This document shows, in pieces, positions 23,750 through 32,000 of a DNA stretch of 32,000 nucleotides; the stretch's first letter is position 1; the number at the start of each line of letters is the position of its first letter. The notes under the pieces were generated by a model, which was given only the letters and a program-made list of their open reading frames with translations, was not told the DNA's origin and did not search any database. A program made the position numbers and the translations under genes. This DNA comes from Kineococcus radiotolerans SRS30216 = ATCC BAA-149. GTDB taxonomy: Bacteria > Actinomycetota > Actinomycetes > Actinomycetales > Kineococcaceae. The stretch spans positions 1,890,001 to 1,922,000 of the forward strand of contig NC_009664.2 of the NCBI RefSeq assembly GCF_000017305.1, read 5' to 3'.

Positions 23750-24844
23750 TCAGCGGGTCAGGGCCTCGCGCACCGAGGGCCAGCCCTTCAGCGCGGCCGC
23801 GACGTCGTCGCGTTGCTCCTCGGCCAGCGCCTGCTCGTGGGCGCGCTGGAGCACGTCGTCGACCAGGACCCGGGCCCCGGTCGCGGCCGACTCCACGGCG
23901 GCCTCGACCATGGCCAGGCTGAGGACGTTGTCGTGGACCTCCCCGGAGAACGGGCGCCCCTCCTGCAGGAAGGCGGTGAACGCCGCGAGGGAACCCGCGA
24001 TCCCCTCGCCGGGGTCGACGGCGTCGGCGGGGACGCCCCCGGCGTCGAGCACGGGGGCGTCGTCGCCGTTCCACACCGCGGAGCCGTCCGCCCCGGACAG
24101 CCGCCAGGCGCCGTTCCACGACGTCTCCGCGCCCGGCGCGCACCAGCTCCCGACGAAGGAGTACCGGGCCCCCGAGGACATCTCGAAGACCGCCGACGCG
24201 GAGGCGTCGCCGCCGTACCAGGACCACGACGGGTTCCAGGACTCGCAGTAGACCGACACCGGTTCGGCGTCGAGCAGGTAGCGCGCGAGGTCGAACTGGT
24301 GGATCGCCATGTCCACCAGCAGCGGCTGGGCCATCTCCTCGCGGAACCCGCCGAAGCGCGGGGCCTTGAAGAACTCCGTGGACAGCGACCCCAGGTCCCC
24401 CAGCACCGCGGCCTGGGCGCGGAACTGCTCGACGTGGACGTTGTAGCGGCGCGACTGGGAGACGAGGAACGGCTGCCCGGTCACCTCCGAGGCCGCCGCC
24501 AGCGACAGCCCCTGGGCGACGGTGGAGGCCACCGGCTTCTCCCCCAGCACGGGGAACCCGGCGAACAGCGCGGCGGTCGTCACCGGGTGGTGGGCCTGGG
24601 GGACGGTGACGTTGACGATCGCCTGCGCGCCCGTCCGCACCGCGACCTCGACGGCGTCGCGGCCGGTCGCGACGTGCGGCACCCCGGCCGCGACCAGCGC
24701 CGCCTCGGCCGCGGCGAGGTCGAGGTCGACGACCCCGGCCAGCTCGACGGCCGGGTCGGCGAGGATCGTCGCCAGCCACGCCTTGCCCATGCCCCCGGCG
24801 CCGACGAGGACGACGCGCAGCGGCCCGCTCGTGCCCGCGGTCAC
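23750..24844 (-). CDS. Gfo/Idh/MocA-family oxidoreductase (ThuB-like position next to ThuA)
   Basis: 3' part of track ORF 23750-25597(-). GTG 24844 overlaps the stop of the ThuA-like gene (GTGA 24841-24844). Motifs: [24 protein letters not shown] and [12 protein letters not shown]. Confidence 0.85.
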   Translation of the reverse strand: MTAGTSGPLRVVLVGAGGMGKAWLATILADPAVELAGVVDLDLAAAEAALVAAGVPHVATGRDAVEVAVRTGAQAIVNVTVPQAHHPVTTAALFAGFPVLGEKPVASTVAQGLSLAAASEVTGQPFLVSQSRRYNVHVEQFRAQAAVLGDLGSLSTEFFKAPRFGGFREEMAQPLLVDMAIHQFDLARYLLDAEPVSVYCESWNPSWSWYGGDASASAVFEMSSGARYSFVGSWCAPGAETSWNGAWRLSGADGSAVWNGDDAPVLDAGGVPADAVDPGEGIAGSLAAFTAFLQEGRPFSGEVHDNVLSLAMVEAAVESAATGARVLVDDVLQRAHEQALAEEQRDDVAAALKGWPSVREALTR

Positions 24845-25623
24845 TGCTGCTTCTCCGGGTCGAGGGCCCCCTGGTAGCCGTGGCCGTTGTAGAAGTCCTC
24901 GGTGTCGTAGCGCAGCAGCACCGGCTCGGTCCGTTCCGGGCGGACGGTGACGGCCCACTGGACGGCGTTGGAGACGACCCTGCGGACGCCCTCGTGGAAG
25001 TACGTGGGGTACTCCTGGTCGCCGGGGCGGAAGTAGAAGATCTTCCCGAATCCCCGCTTGAAGGTGATGCCGGAGCGGAACACCTCCCCGCCGGTGAAGG
25101 AGGAGATGAAGACGATCTCGTCCGGGGCGGGGATGTCGAAGAACTCCCCGTACATCTCGTCCTCGTCGATGATCATCGGGTGCGGGATCCCCTGCGCGAT
25201 GGGGTGCGTCGGGTCCACCGTCCACACCAGCTCGCGGTCGTGCTCGGCGCGCCAGCGCAGGGTGCACGAGGTGCCCATGAGCTTCTGGAACACCTTCGAC
25301 CAGTGCCCGGAGTGCAGGACGATGAGGCCCATCCCGGCCAGGACGTGGCGGTGGACGCGCTCGACGACCTCGTCGGAGACGTCGCCGTGGGCGGCGTGGC
25401 CCCACCAGGTGAGGACGTCGGTCTCGCGCAGGACCTCCTCGGTCAGGCCGTGCTCGGGGTCGTCGAGGGTCGCGGTGCGGACGACGACGCCCTCGCCGAG
25501 GTTGGCCTCGATCCCCTCGGCGATGGCGCCGTGCATCCCGTTCGGGTAGCGCTCCGCCACCCCGGGCTCGAGCTGCTCGTGGCGGTTCTCGCCCCACACG
25601 GTCACGCGGATCGGGTTGGTCAT
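24841..25623 (-). CDS. ThuA-domain (trehalose-utilisation-like) protein
   Basis: 3' part of track ORF 24841-26325(-), ATG 25623. Sequence: [17 protein letters not shown]...[21 protein letters not shown]...[27 protein letters not shown]...[30 protein letters not shown]. This matches my recollection of ThuA-like proteins. Confidence 0.85.
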   Translation of the reverse strand: MTNPIRVTVWGENRHEQLEPGVAERYPNGMHGAIAEGIEANLGEGVVVRTATLDDPEHGLTEEVLRETDVLTWWGHAAHGDVSDEVVERVHRHVLAGMGLIVLHSGHWSKVFQKLMGTSCTLRWRAEHDRELVWTVDPTHPIAQGIPHPMIIDEDEMYGEFFDIPAPDEIVFISSFTGGEVFRSGITFKRGFGKIFYFRPGDQEYPTYFHEGVRRVVSNAVQWAVTVRPERTEPVLLRYDTEDFYNGHGYQGALDPEKQQ

Positions 25624-25634
25624 GCTCAGGACTC

Positions 25635-26501
25635 CTAGGACTTGACGGCTCCGCCCGTGACCCCGGCGGCGACGTAGCGCTGGGCCAGGACGAGCAGGGC
25701 GATGGCGGGCAGGGAGGACAGTACGGCGGTCGCCATGATCGGGGACCAGTCGCTGACGAAGCTCCCCACGTAGGTGTACAGGCCGAGGGTGATGGGGCGC
25801 AGGTCCGCGGTCGTCGTCAGCGTCAGGGCGAAGAGGAAGTCGCCCCAGGCGAAGAGGAACGTGAACAGGCCCGCGGTGATGAGGGCGTTGCGGCTCATGG
25901 GCAGCACGATGGAGAAGAACGCCCGGACGGGCCCGGCGCCGTCCACGTAGGCGGCCTCGACGACCGAGGCGGGGATGGAGCCCATGAAGGCCCGCATGAG
26001 GATGATGGAGAACGGGATGCCGGCCGCGGAGTCGGCGAGGATCAGCCCGCCCATCGTGTTGAGCAGCCCGAGGTCGGTGTAGGCGCTGTAGAGCGCGTTG
26101 GCGACGACGATGCCCGGCACCATCTGGGTGACGAGGATCCCGAAGAGGATCACCGTCGCCCACCGCCCGAACTTGAAGTGGGCCATGGCGTAGGCCGCGG
26201 GCGTCGCGATGACCAGGCTGAACACGACCGACCCGAGGCTGATGAGCAGCGACGTGACGAGGTTGCGGCCCTGCTCGGAGATGGCCGTGGTGTAGCCGCG
26301 CAGCGTGAGGTCGAAGGGCAGCCACGGCGTCGCGACGGCGTTCCCGGCCGGCTGGAGGGACACGTTGACCATCCAGTACAGCGGGAACAGCATGAAGGCC
26401 ACGATGAGGACGCCGATGACCGTGTGGACGGGCCGGCGGGGTTCCTTCCCCGCGGGCCGGACCTCCGCCGCGCGGGTCGGGGTGGGGACCACCGCGCTCA
26501 C
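25635..26501 (-). CDS. Carbohydrate ABC transporter permease (MalG-like)
   Basis: 3' part of track ORF 25635-27047(-). GTG 26501 overlaps the upstream stop (GTGA 26498-26501). Six hydrophobic segments. EAA-like loop: [23 protein letters not shown]. Confidence 0.9.
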   Translation of the reverse strand: MSAVVPTPTRAAEVRPAGKEPRRPVHTVIGVLIVAFMLFPLYWMVNVSLQPAGNAVATPWLPFDLTLRGYTTAISEQGRNLVTSLLISLGSVVFSLVIATPAAYAMAHFKFGRWATVILFGILVTQMVPGIVVANALYSAYTDLGLLNTMGGLILADSAAGIPFSIILMRAFMGSIPASVVEAAYVDGAGPVRAFFSIVLPMSRNALITAGLFTFLFAWGDFLFALTLTTTADLRPITLGLYTYVGSFVSDWSPIMATAVLSSLPAIALLVLAQRYVAAGVTGGAVKS

Positions 26502-27457
26502 TCGTCCACCGCCTTCCGGTTGAGCCGCAGGTAGACCACGGCGAAGACCAGGGAGATCACGATCAGGATGTTGCCCAGCGCCGCCCCGGCGCCGAAGTCG
26601 AACTGGCGGAACGAGGTGTCGTAGGAGAACGTCGCGATGGTCTGCGTCGAGTTCGCCGGGCCGCCGTTGGTGAGCCCGAGGATCACGTCGAGGACCTTGA
26701 GGGTGTAGACGACGCCGAGCACGAGGACGACCGTCACGACCGGGCGCAGCAGCGGCCAGGTGATGTGGCGGAACGCCCGCCACCCCGTCGCCCCGTCCAG
26801 GGCGCCGGCCTCGTAGAGCTCCTCGGGGATCTCCTGCAGGCCGCCGTAGAGGATCGTCATGTTGAAGGGGATGCCCAGCCAGATGTTGACCCCGATGACG
26901 GCGACCAGGGCCAGCGACGTCGACGTGAGCCAGTTCGGGCTGAGGTCGAGGCCGGGGACGGCGGAGAGGATCCGGTTGAGGGCGCCGTTGTCGGCGTCCA
27001 GGATCCACCGCCACACGGCGGTCCCGGCGATCATGGGGATGAGCCACGGCAGCAGGATCAGCGAGCGCAGCACGCCCGAGAGCGCGAACCGCTTGTGGAA
27101 GAACAGCGCGATCGCCAGGCCGAGGACGAACTGGCCCAGGATGGAGCCGGCCGTGAACAGCACCGTGTTCCAGACCGACCGGGAGAAGATCGCGTCACCG
27201 ACGACGTTGCGGTAGTTCTCCAGCCCCACCCACGGGGCCTCACCGGTGAAGAACGTCTTGGTCGTGTACTCCTGGAACCCCATGACGACGTTCTTGACGA
27301 CGGGGTAGCCGAAGAACAGGAGCAGGTAGACCACGGCCGGGACGATGAACGCGATCTGCACGAGGCGCGTCGACAGCGTGCGCGGGCTCCCCTTCCCCGC
27401 CGGTGCGGGCACCGACGGGGAGGAGTTCGCGCGCCGGGGGGCGGCGAGGTCAGCCAT
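26498..27457 (-). CDS. Carbohydrate ABC transporter permease (MalF-like)
   Basis: ORF 26498-27457(-), 319 aa. ATG 27457 overlaps the binding-protein gene end by 8 nt. EAA loop: [25 protein letters not shown]. Confidence 0.9.
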   Translation of the reverse strand: MADLAAPRRANSSPSVPAPAGKGSPRTLSTRLVQIAFIVPAVVYLLLFFGYPVVKNVVMGFQEYTTKTFFTGEAPWVGLENYRNVVGDAIFSRSVWNTVLFTAGSILGQFVLGLAIALFFHKRFALSGVLRSLILLPWLIPMIAGTAVWRWILDADNGALNRILSAVPGLDLSPNWLTSTSLALVAVIGVNIWLGIPFNMTILYGGLQEIPEELYEAGALDGATGWRAFRHITWPLLRPVVTVVLVLGVVYTLKVLDVILGLTNGGPANSTQTIATFSYDTSFRQFDFGAGAALGNILIVISLVFAVVYLRLNRKAVDE

Positions 27458-28682
27458 TCTGCGCCTGCGCGAGGGCTTCCTCGGGGGTCATGCCCCCGAC
27501 GAGCGCGTTCTGGACGGCCGTGTAGATCTTCGTCGCGGCGTCCGGCCACTCCGGCCCGAGCTCACCGGTGCGGGCGCGCAGGTCCGGGACCTGGGAGGCG
27601 AAGGCCTCCAGGTTCGGGTTCTGCGCGACGACCTGGCTCGCGAGCTCCGGCTTGGTGGGGACGGTCCCGGTGCCGACGGAGATCGTCACCTCGTTCTCGT
27701 CGGAGTTGAGGCACTGGACGAGCTCGGCGGCCTTCTTCTGCTTCTCCTCGTCGCCGGTCTGCGGGATCGCCCACGCCTCGCCGCCGAAGGGCGAGACGAC
27801 GGTGCCGCCGGCGGTGGGCGCGGGGATCGGCACGATCCCGTACTCCAGGCCCTCGACGGCGTCGAGGGTGCCGAAGTTCCACGGGCCGTTGATCATCATG
27901 GCGGCGTTGCCGGCGGCGAACTGGTCGGCGACGTCGGCCTGGGACCAGGTGACGGTGGACTGCGACAGCGAGCCCTGGTCCAGCAGGTCCTTGACGAGCT
28001 GGAGCGCGGCCGCGGTCTCGGGGGTGTTGATGTCCTTCTCGTTCCCGCCGTTGGACCACATGAAGGGCAGGAACTGCCAGGTGCCCTCGTAGGTGTTGAT
28101 GTTGGACATCGCGAACCCGTACTGGTCGCCGGCGGTGAGCGCGGCGGCCGTGGTCTTGAGCTCGTCCCAGGTGGTGGGCGGGGTGAGGCCGGCGGCCTGG
28201 AAGATCTTCTCGTTGTAGAACAGCGCGATGGTGTTGGTGACCGGCTGCAGGGCGTAGAGCTTCCCCTCGTAGGTGGAGGCGCTGAGCACGCCCTCGGCCA
28301 CGCCGGAGGAGTCGACGCCCAGGTCGTCGAGGGGGGCCAGCGCCCCGGACGCGGCGATCTGCTGGACGTCGGGGTTGTCGAGCATGAGGACGTCGGGCAG
28401 CGTCTTGGAGGAGCTCTGCTGGAGCACCTTCTGGATGAGGGTCTCGCCCGGGACGGCCTCGCGGTCGATCTTCATGCCGATGTCGGCGCCGCAGTCCTCG
28501 ATCGCGGCCTTCCACAGCGAGGCGTTGGGGTCGGAGTTGTAGTAGTCCAGGACCCGCAGCGTGTCGGAGGCCGAGCTCGCCGAGCCCCCTCCACCACCGC
28601 CGCCGCAGGCCCCGAGCACCAGCGGCAGGGCCGCCAGGGCGGCGATGGCGCGGGCACGTCCCACGGATCCACGTCGAGCCAT
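27450..28682 (-). CDS. Carbohydrate ABC transporter solute-binding lipoprotein
   Basis: ORF 27450-28703(-). Start set to ATG 28682 (MARRGSVGRARAIAALAALPLVLGACGGGGGGG...), preceded by GAGAGGAA. Lipobox LGAC. The body is typical of family-1 sugar-binding proteins. Confidence 0.9.
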   Translation of the reverse strand: MARRGSVGRARAIAALAALPLVLGACGGGGGGGSASSASDTLRVLDYYNSDPNASLWKAAIEDCGADIGMKIDREAVPGETLIQKVLQQSSSKTLPDVLMLDNPDVQQIAASGALAPLDDLGVDSSGVAEGVLSASTYEGKLYALQPVTNTIALFYNEKIFQAAGLTPPTTWDELKTTAAALTAGDQYGFAMSNINTYEGTWQFLPFMWSNGGNEKDINTPETAAALQLVKDLLDQGSLSQSTVTWSQADVADQFAAGNAAMMINGPWNFGTLDAVEGLEYGIVPIPAPTAGGTVVSPFGGEAWAIPQTGDEEKQKKAAELVQCLNSDENEVTISVGTGTVPTKPELASQVVAQNPNLEAFASQVPDLRARTGELGPEWPDAATKIYTAVQNALVGGMTPEEALAQAQNG

Positions 28683-28697
28683 GTCGTTCCTCTCTGC

Positions 28698-28713
28698 GCT
28701 CACGGTCGTGAGC
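28698..28713. promoter_or_regulatory. 16-bp palindrome GCTCACGGTCGTGAGC between the LacI-type operator and the SD of the binding-protein gene
   Basis: 7 of 8 pairs. In the minus-sense 5' UTR it could form a 6-bp stem with a 4-nt loop ending ~8 nt before the SD. Confidence 0.3.
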
Positions 28714-28719
28714 AGTTCG

Positions 28720-28739
28720 TCGTCGATGCGTATCGACGA
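28720..28739. promoter_or_regulatory. LacI-type operator candidate TCGTCGATGCGTATCGACGA
   Basis: 20-bp palindrome, 9 of 10 pairs, central CG as in LacI-family operators. It lies 38 nt upstream of ATG 28682 in the lacI / binding-protein spacer. Its first 16 nt recur at 29853-29868. Confidence 0.6.
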
Positions 28740-28778
28740 TGGGTACGGGCCACCCGGGCGGGCGGGCCGTGAGGGGGG

Positions 28779-29798
28779 TCAGTGCGCGGAACGCACGGAC
28801 CGTCGTCGGACCAGGGTGGCCGGCACCAGGCGGATCTCGCCCGGTGCGGCCGGATCGTCGAGCAGCTCGAACAGCCACTCGACCGCGCGCCGGGACACGT
28901 CCCGGGGCTGGGTGGAGACGTTGGTGACCGGGACCGCCTGCCCCTGCGCCTCGCCGTCGGTGCACAGCGCCACCACGTCGACGTCGCGCCCGGGCCGGGT
29001 GCCCCGCCCGAGCAGCGCGCTCACGATCTCCGGGACGCCGTCGGTCAGCACCAGCCCCGGCCGCACGGGACCGGAGAGCACCTCCTCCAGCGTCACCCCG
29101 AGGGCCACCGGGTCGCGGGGAGCCTCGACCCACCGCAGCGGGAGCCCGACGGCGCTCGCCGCGGCCTGCGCCGCCCGCCGGAACCGCGGGACGTAGTTCA
29201 CCCCGCGGGCCACCACCTCCGGGCTCCACCCCAGCACCACGACCTCCGGGGCCCCGGCGGCGGCGAGTTCCCCGACCAGCAGCTCCGCGCCCCGGCCGAA
29301 GTCGAAGTCGATGCAGCGCAGGGTGTTGCCCGGCAGCAGAGCCTCGTCGGGGTAGCCGATGAACAGGCTGGGCTGGGCCAGCCCGCGCGAGACCTCGGCC
29401 CGGTCGTCCTCAGCCTTGACCTCCATGACGACCATGGCGTCGCACAGCGCGCGCCCCGCCACCCGGCGCAGGCTGCTCTCGCCCTCGGCGGCGGTGACGA
29501 GCAGGACGTCGTAGTCCCGGCGCCGGGCCTGGGTGGCGATCTCGTCGATGAAGGCCATGATCCCGCCGACCCCGAAGTTCGAGAGGACCGGGTGGACGAT
29601 GGCGATGATGTTCGTGCGCTGGCCGGCCAGGGCCCGGGCCCCGGCGTGCGGCTGGTAGAGCAGCTGCTCCATGGCGTCCTCGACCAGGCGGCGGGTCTTC
29701 TCCGAGATGGGGCGCTTGCCGCTCATCACGTACGACACGGTGCTCTGGGAGACGCCGGCGACCTTCGCCACGTCCTTGCTCGTCGGGACCCGGGCCAC
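28779..29798 (-). CDS. LacI-family transcriptional regulator
   Basis: ORF 28779-29798(-), 339 aa. GTG start preceded by GAGGAGGGGG. HTH: TSKDVAKVAGVSQSTVSYVMSGKRPISEKTRRLVEDAMEQLLYQPHAGARALA. Followed by a periplasmic-binding-protein-like effector domain. Confidence 0.92.
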   Translation of the reverse strand: MARVPTSKDVAKVAGVSQSTVSYVMSGKRPISEKTRRLVEDAMEQLLYQPHAGARALAGQRTNIIAIVHPVLSNFGVGGIMAFIDEIATQARRRDYDVLLVTAAEGESSLRRVAGRALCDAMVVMEVKAEDDRAEVSRGLAQPSLFIGYPDEALLPGNTLRCIDFDFGRGAELLVGELAAAGAPEVVVLGWSPEVVARGVNYVPRFRRAAQAAASAVGLPLRWVEAPRDPVALGVTLEEVLSGPVRPGLVLTDGVPEIVSALLGRGTRPGRDVDVVALCTDGEAQGQAVPVTNVSTQPRDVSRRAVEWLFELLDDPAAPGEIRLVPATLVRRRSVRSAH

Positions 29799-29839
29799 GT
29801 CGCCCCCTCCTCACCACCGTCGGACGAACGTCGACGTCC

Positions 29840-29870
29840 TCGTCGATGCGCTTCGTCGATGCGTATCGGA
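29840..29870. promoter_or_regulatory. Tandem copies of the same operator motif upstream of the LacI gene
   Basis: TCGTCGATGCG at 29840-29850 and TCGTCGATGCGTATCGGA at 29853-29870. This is 55 nt upstream of the lacI GTG 29798. A perfect palindrome ACGTCGACGT sits at 29828-29837. Confidence 0.5.
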
Positions 29871-29996
29871 AACTAGCCCACCGCACCGCCCGGGGCAAGC
29901 ACCTGCGCGGGACTGCGCCGTCCGGGGACCCGGCCTCAAGCTGGGGGGACGCCCCGTCGATGCCCCGGGGGTCCCACCCCGACGCAGGGAGTCCTC

Positions 29997-31274
29997 GTGC
30001 CCAGACCCGCTCGTCCCGTCGCCGTCTCCCTCGCGCTGCTCGCCCTGGTCCTGGGGCCCGGCTCCGCGGCCCGCGCCGTGGAGGCCCCTCCCGCGGACGG
30101 GACCGGTGTCGTCGTCGACGCCCTGCGCTGGGTGGACGGGGAACCGCAACTGGAGACCCGCACGGCCACCGACGCCCGCTCCGCCGGGCGGGTGGTGCGG
30201 GAGCTGGAGGCCGACCCCGACGTGACCTCCGCCCAGGTGCGCACGACCTACCGCCTGGACCCCGTCGGCGCCGGGACGCTGCCCGAGCGCACCCTGCTGG
30301 CCAGCGACCCGTACCTGTCGTACGCGTACCACCTGGACTCCGTCCACGCCTACCCGGCGTGGACGACGACGAGGGGTGCCGGCCTCACCGTCGCCGTCCT
30401 CGACTCCGGCGTCGACGCGACCCAGCCCGACCTCACCGACCGCGTCCGCGACGGCGGGAACTTCGCCGAGGGCACCGACATCGGCGAGCACGGCACCGAG
30501 GTCGCCACCGTCGTCGCCGGGGCGTACCGCAACGCCCACGGCGCAGCCGGAGTCGCCCCCGAGGTGGAGATCCTCGCCGTGCGGGTCTGCACCCCGCTCG
30601 GCTGCCCCAGCAACGCCGTCGTCGAGGGCATCGCCGCCGCCGTCGACGCCGGCGCCGACGTGCTGAACCTGTCCCTGGGCGGGGAGACCTACAACCGCAC
30701 GACCGCCGCAGCGGTCGCCTACGCCATCGGGAAGGGCGTGGTCGTGGTGGCCTCGGCCGGGAACTCCGGGGACCAGGGCAACCCGCTGGAGTACCCCGCC
30801 TCCTACCCCGGCGTCGTCTCCGTCTCGGCCTCCGCCCGCGACGGGAGCGCCGCGCCCTGGGCCCAGCACAACGACCTCGTCGACCTCAGCGCCCCCGGGG
30901 AGGCCATCCCCGCCGGCGAGCCCGGCAGCGCCGGCCGGTACCCCTACGTCCCGGTCTCCGGCACGTCGTTCTCGGCGCCGCAGGTCGCCGCCGCGGCGGC
31001 CCTGGTGCGCGCGGTGGCCCCGCGGGCCACCGTCGCCGAGGTCGAGGCCGTGCTGCGCTCCACCACCACCCCGCAGTCCTGGGGCCCCGGCTACGGCACG
31101 GGCATGCTCGACGTCGCCGCCGCCGTCGCGAAGGCCCGGACCACCGCCGCGGCGACGGCACCCGCGCCGACCACGACGCCCGCACCCGCACCCACCACGA
31201 CCACGCCCGCCCCGGCCGTCACCGTCACCCGCGGCGCGCGCAGCGCCCGCCCGGTCCCCGTCGTCCGGCCCTGA
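29997..31274 (+). CDS. Secreted S8-family (subtilisin-like) serine peptidase
   Basis: ORF 29997-31274(+), 425 aa. GTG preceded by GGGAG. Signal peptide ...LALVLGPGSAARA. Catalytic triad context: VAVLDSGVD (Asp), EHGTEVATVVAG (His), SGTSFSAPQVAAAAALV (Ser). Pro/Thr-rich C-terminal tail. Confidence 0.9.
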   Translation: MPRPARPVAVSLALLALVLGPGSAARAVEAPPADGTGVVVDALRWVDGEPQLETRTATDARSAGRVVRELEADPDVTSAQVRTTYRLDPVGAGTLPERTLLASDPYLSYAYHLDSVHAYPAWTTTRGAGLTVAVLDSGVDATQPDLTDRVRDGGNFAEGTDIGEHGTEVATVVAGAYRNAHGAAGVAPEVEILAVRVCTPLGCPSNAVVEGIAAAVDAGADVLNLSLGGETYNRTTAAAVAYAIGKGVVVVASAGNSGDQGNPLEYPASYPGVVSVSASARDGSAAPWAQHNDLVDLSAPGEAIPAGEPGSAGRYPYVPVSGTSFSAPQVAAAAALVRAVAPRATVAEVEAVLRSTTTPQSWGPGYGTGMLDVAAAVAKARTTAAATAPAPTTTPAPAPTTTTPAPAVTVTRGARSARPVPVVRP

Positions 31275-31278
31275 CCCG

Positions 31279-31297
31279 CGCCGCCTTGAAGGCGGCG
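31279..31297. terminator. Hairpin between the convergent S8 peptidase and the truncated gene (CGCCGCCT tga AGGCGGCG)
   Basis: Read directly. It fills the 25-nt convergent spacer. Confidence 0.55.
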
Positions 31298-31299
31298 TC

Positions 31300-32000
31300 T
31301 CAGACGGCGATGTCGACGCAGAACAGCGGGCGGGGGTCCTGCAGCAGCGCCGGCGGCCTGACGTCGGCGCGGGCGGCCCGCCCGCCCCAGCGCACCCGGC
31401 GCCGGTGGCGGGCCGAGACGCCCTTGCGGGCGTCGAACTCGTACTCGCCGACGACCTCGCCCAGCAGCAGCGCCTGCTCGCCCTCGATGGGCAGCGCCAC
31501 CTCCGTCCCGGGCGCCAGCTCGTGGACGAAGGTGTCCAGCACCCGCAGCGCCTTGCCGGGCCGCTTGCCGGGCGAGACCTCCTTCAGCAGCTCCCGCAGC
31601 GACGTGCCCTCCGCCGCGCCGCGGACGTCGACGTCGATGCCGGAGTCCACCCCGAGCCCGACGACCCCGTCGGCGAGGAACTCCCCCGCGGTCGCCGGCC
31701 CGGCCGGGCGCACCACCCACACCAGCCGCCCCGCCGAGCGCACCGGCGGCTCCAGCGACGGCGGGTCGGGCCACACGTAGTCCAGGTCGTCGGGTTCGGC
31801 GTCCCCGAACAGCGGCCGGTAGGTGGCGGGGTCCTTGCGCAGCAGCGCCGAGCGGTGGCTGCGGTGCACCGCCTCGTCGCCCAGCCACGGCGGCATCAGG
31901 TCCGCGAGCTCGGCCTGCGCGCGCCCCACCACCTCGGGCGCGAACTCCGCGATGAGGCGCCGGGTCGAGTCCGCCCGCCCCGTCGTCGTCCAGGCGTCGA
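31300..32000 (-). CDS. Hypothetical protein, C-terminal part (gene continues past the right edge)
   Basis: Track ORF 31300-31932(-). My translation shows the frame stays open from 32000: ...DAWTTTGRADSTRRLIAEFAPEVVGRAQAELADLMPPWLGDEAVHRSHRSALLRKDP... The composition of the last ~140 aa is ordinary and domain-like. No family confidently recognised. Confidence 0.6.
   Translation of the reverse strand, partial: DAWTTTGRADSTRRLIAEFAPEVVGRAQAELADLMPPWLGDEAVHRSHRSALLRKDPATYRPLFGDAEPDDLDYVWPDPPSLEPPVRSAGRLVWVVRPAGPATAGEFLADGVVGLGVDSGIDVDVRGAAEGTSLRELLKEVSPGKRPGKALRVLDTFVHELAPGTEVALPIEGEQALLLGEVVGEYEFDARKGVSARHRRRVRWGGRAARADVRPPALLQDPRPLFCVDIAV

Noticed and set aside
23714-23752. G-rich block GGGGACCGCGGCGGGGGACCGCGGCGGGGGGTGGGG as a G-quadruplex.
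   Set aside because: Loop lengths between the G-tracts are 8 nt. The G-rich strand is the non-transcribed sense for the flanking minus-strand genes. It is better described simply as a 13-nt tandem repeat.
25163-25179. TCGTCGATGATCATCGG inside the ThuA-like coding region, matching 14 of 17 positions of the LacI-type operator word.
   Set aside because: It is explained by the codons for ...PMIIDEDE... on the coding strand. ATCGACGA-type words arise readily from Ile-Asp-Glu/Asp codons, so there is no independent support for an internal operator.
1-32000. Search by eye for tRNA/rRNA genes, CRISPR repeat arrays, IS inverted repeats, integrase or transposase genes, toxin-antitoxin pairs and compositional islands.
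   Set aside because: None found. GC content looks uniformly high except for short promoter-proximal patches. All large ORFs with sensible composition are accounted for by the genes listed.

Overview
Densely coding, visibly >70% GC window of actinobacterial type: GTG/TTG starts, many 4-nt GTGA start/stop overlaps, and sugar ABC operons with no ATPase gene. I call 28 protein-coding genes, two of them cut by the window edges. I see no rRNA, tRNA, CRISPR array, transposase, integrase or prophage-like content. Left to right: (1) the 5' end of a solute-binding lipoprotein gene, divergent from a large cytoplasmic GH3 glycosidase; (2) a secreted DUF4394 protein followed by an ECF sigma / zf-HC2 anti-sigma pair; (3) a minus-strand array of PAS-GAF-PP2C phosphatase, def, tsaD and a TerD-like gene; (4) YceI, a small orphan ORF and VanW; (5) TetR, an ABC-like ATPase with degenerate catalytic motifs and a YhgE/Pip membrane protein, translationally coupled, behind a 37-bp palindrome; (6) a Pro-rich membrane protein, a CAP/SCP secreted protein and a MASE1-PAS3-GGDEF cyclase; (7) an eight-gene LacI-controlled sugar locus (binding protein, two permeases, ThuA-like, two Gfo/Idh/MocA oxidoreductases, a xylose-isomerase-like TIM barrel) with no hydrolase or kinase; (8) a secreted S8 subtilase and a truncated unknown gene. 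I do not see a self-contained defence island or mobile element. The best candidates for undescribed biology are the hydrolase-free oxidative sugar locus with its repeated operator motif, the TetR/degenerate-ATPase/YhgE triad, the DUF4394-ECF module and the beta-trefoil-like insertion in the GH3 enzyme. All family assignments come from reading motifs by eye, since no searches could be run. The very long antisense ORFs in the track are treated as high-GC artefacts.
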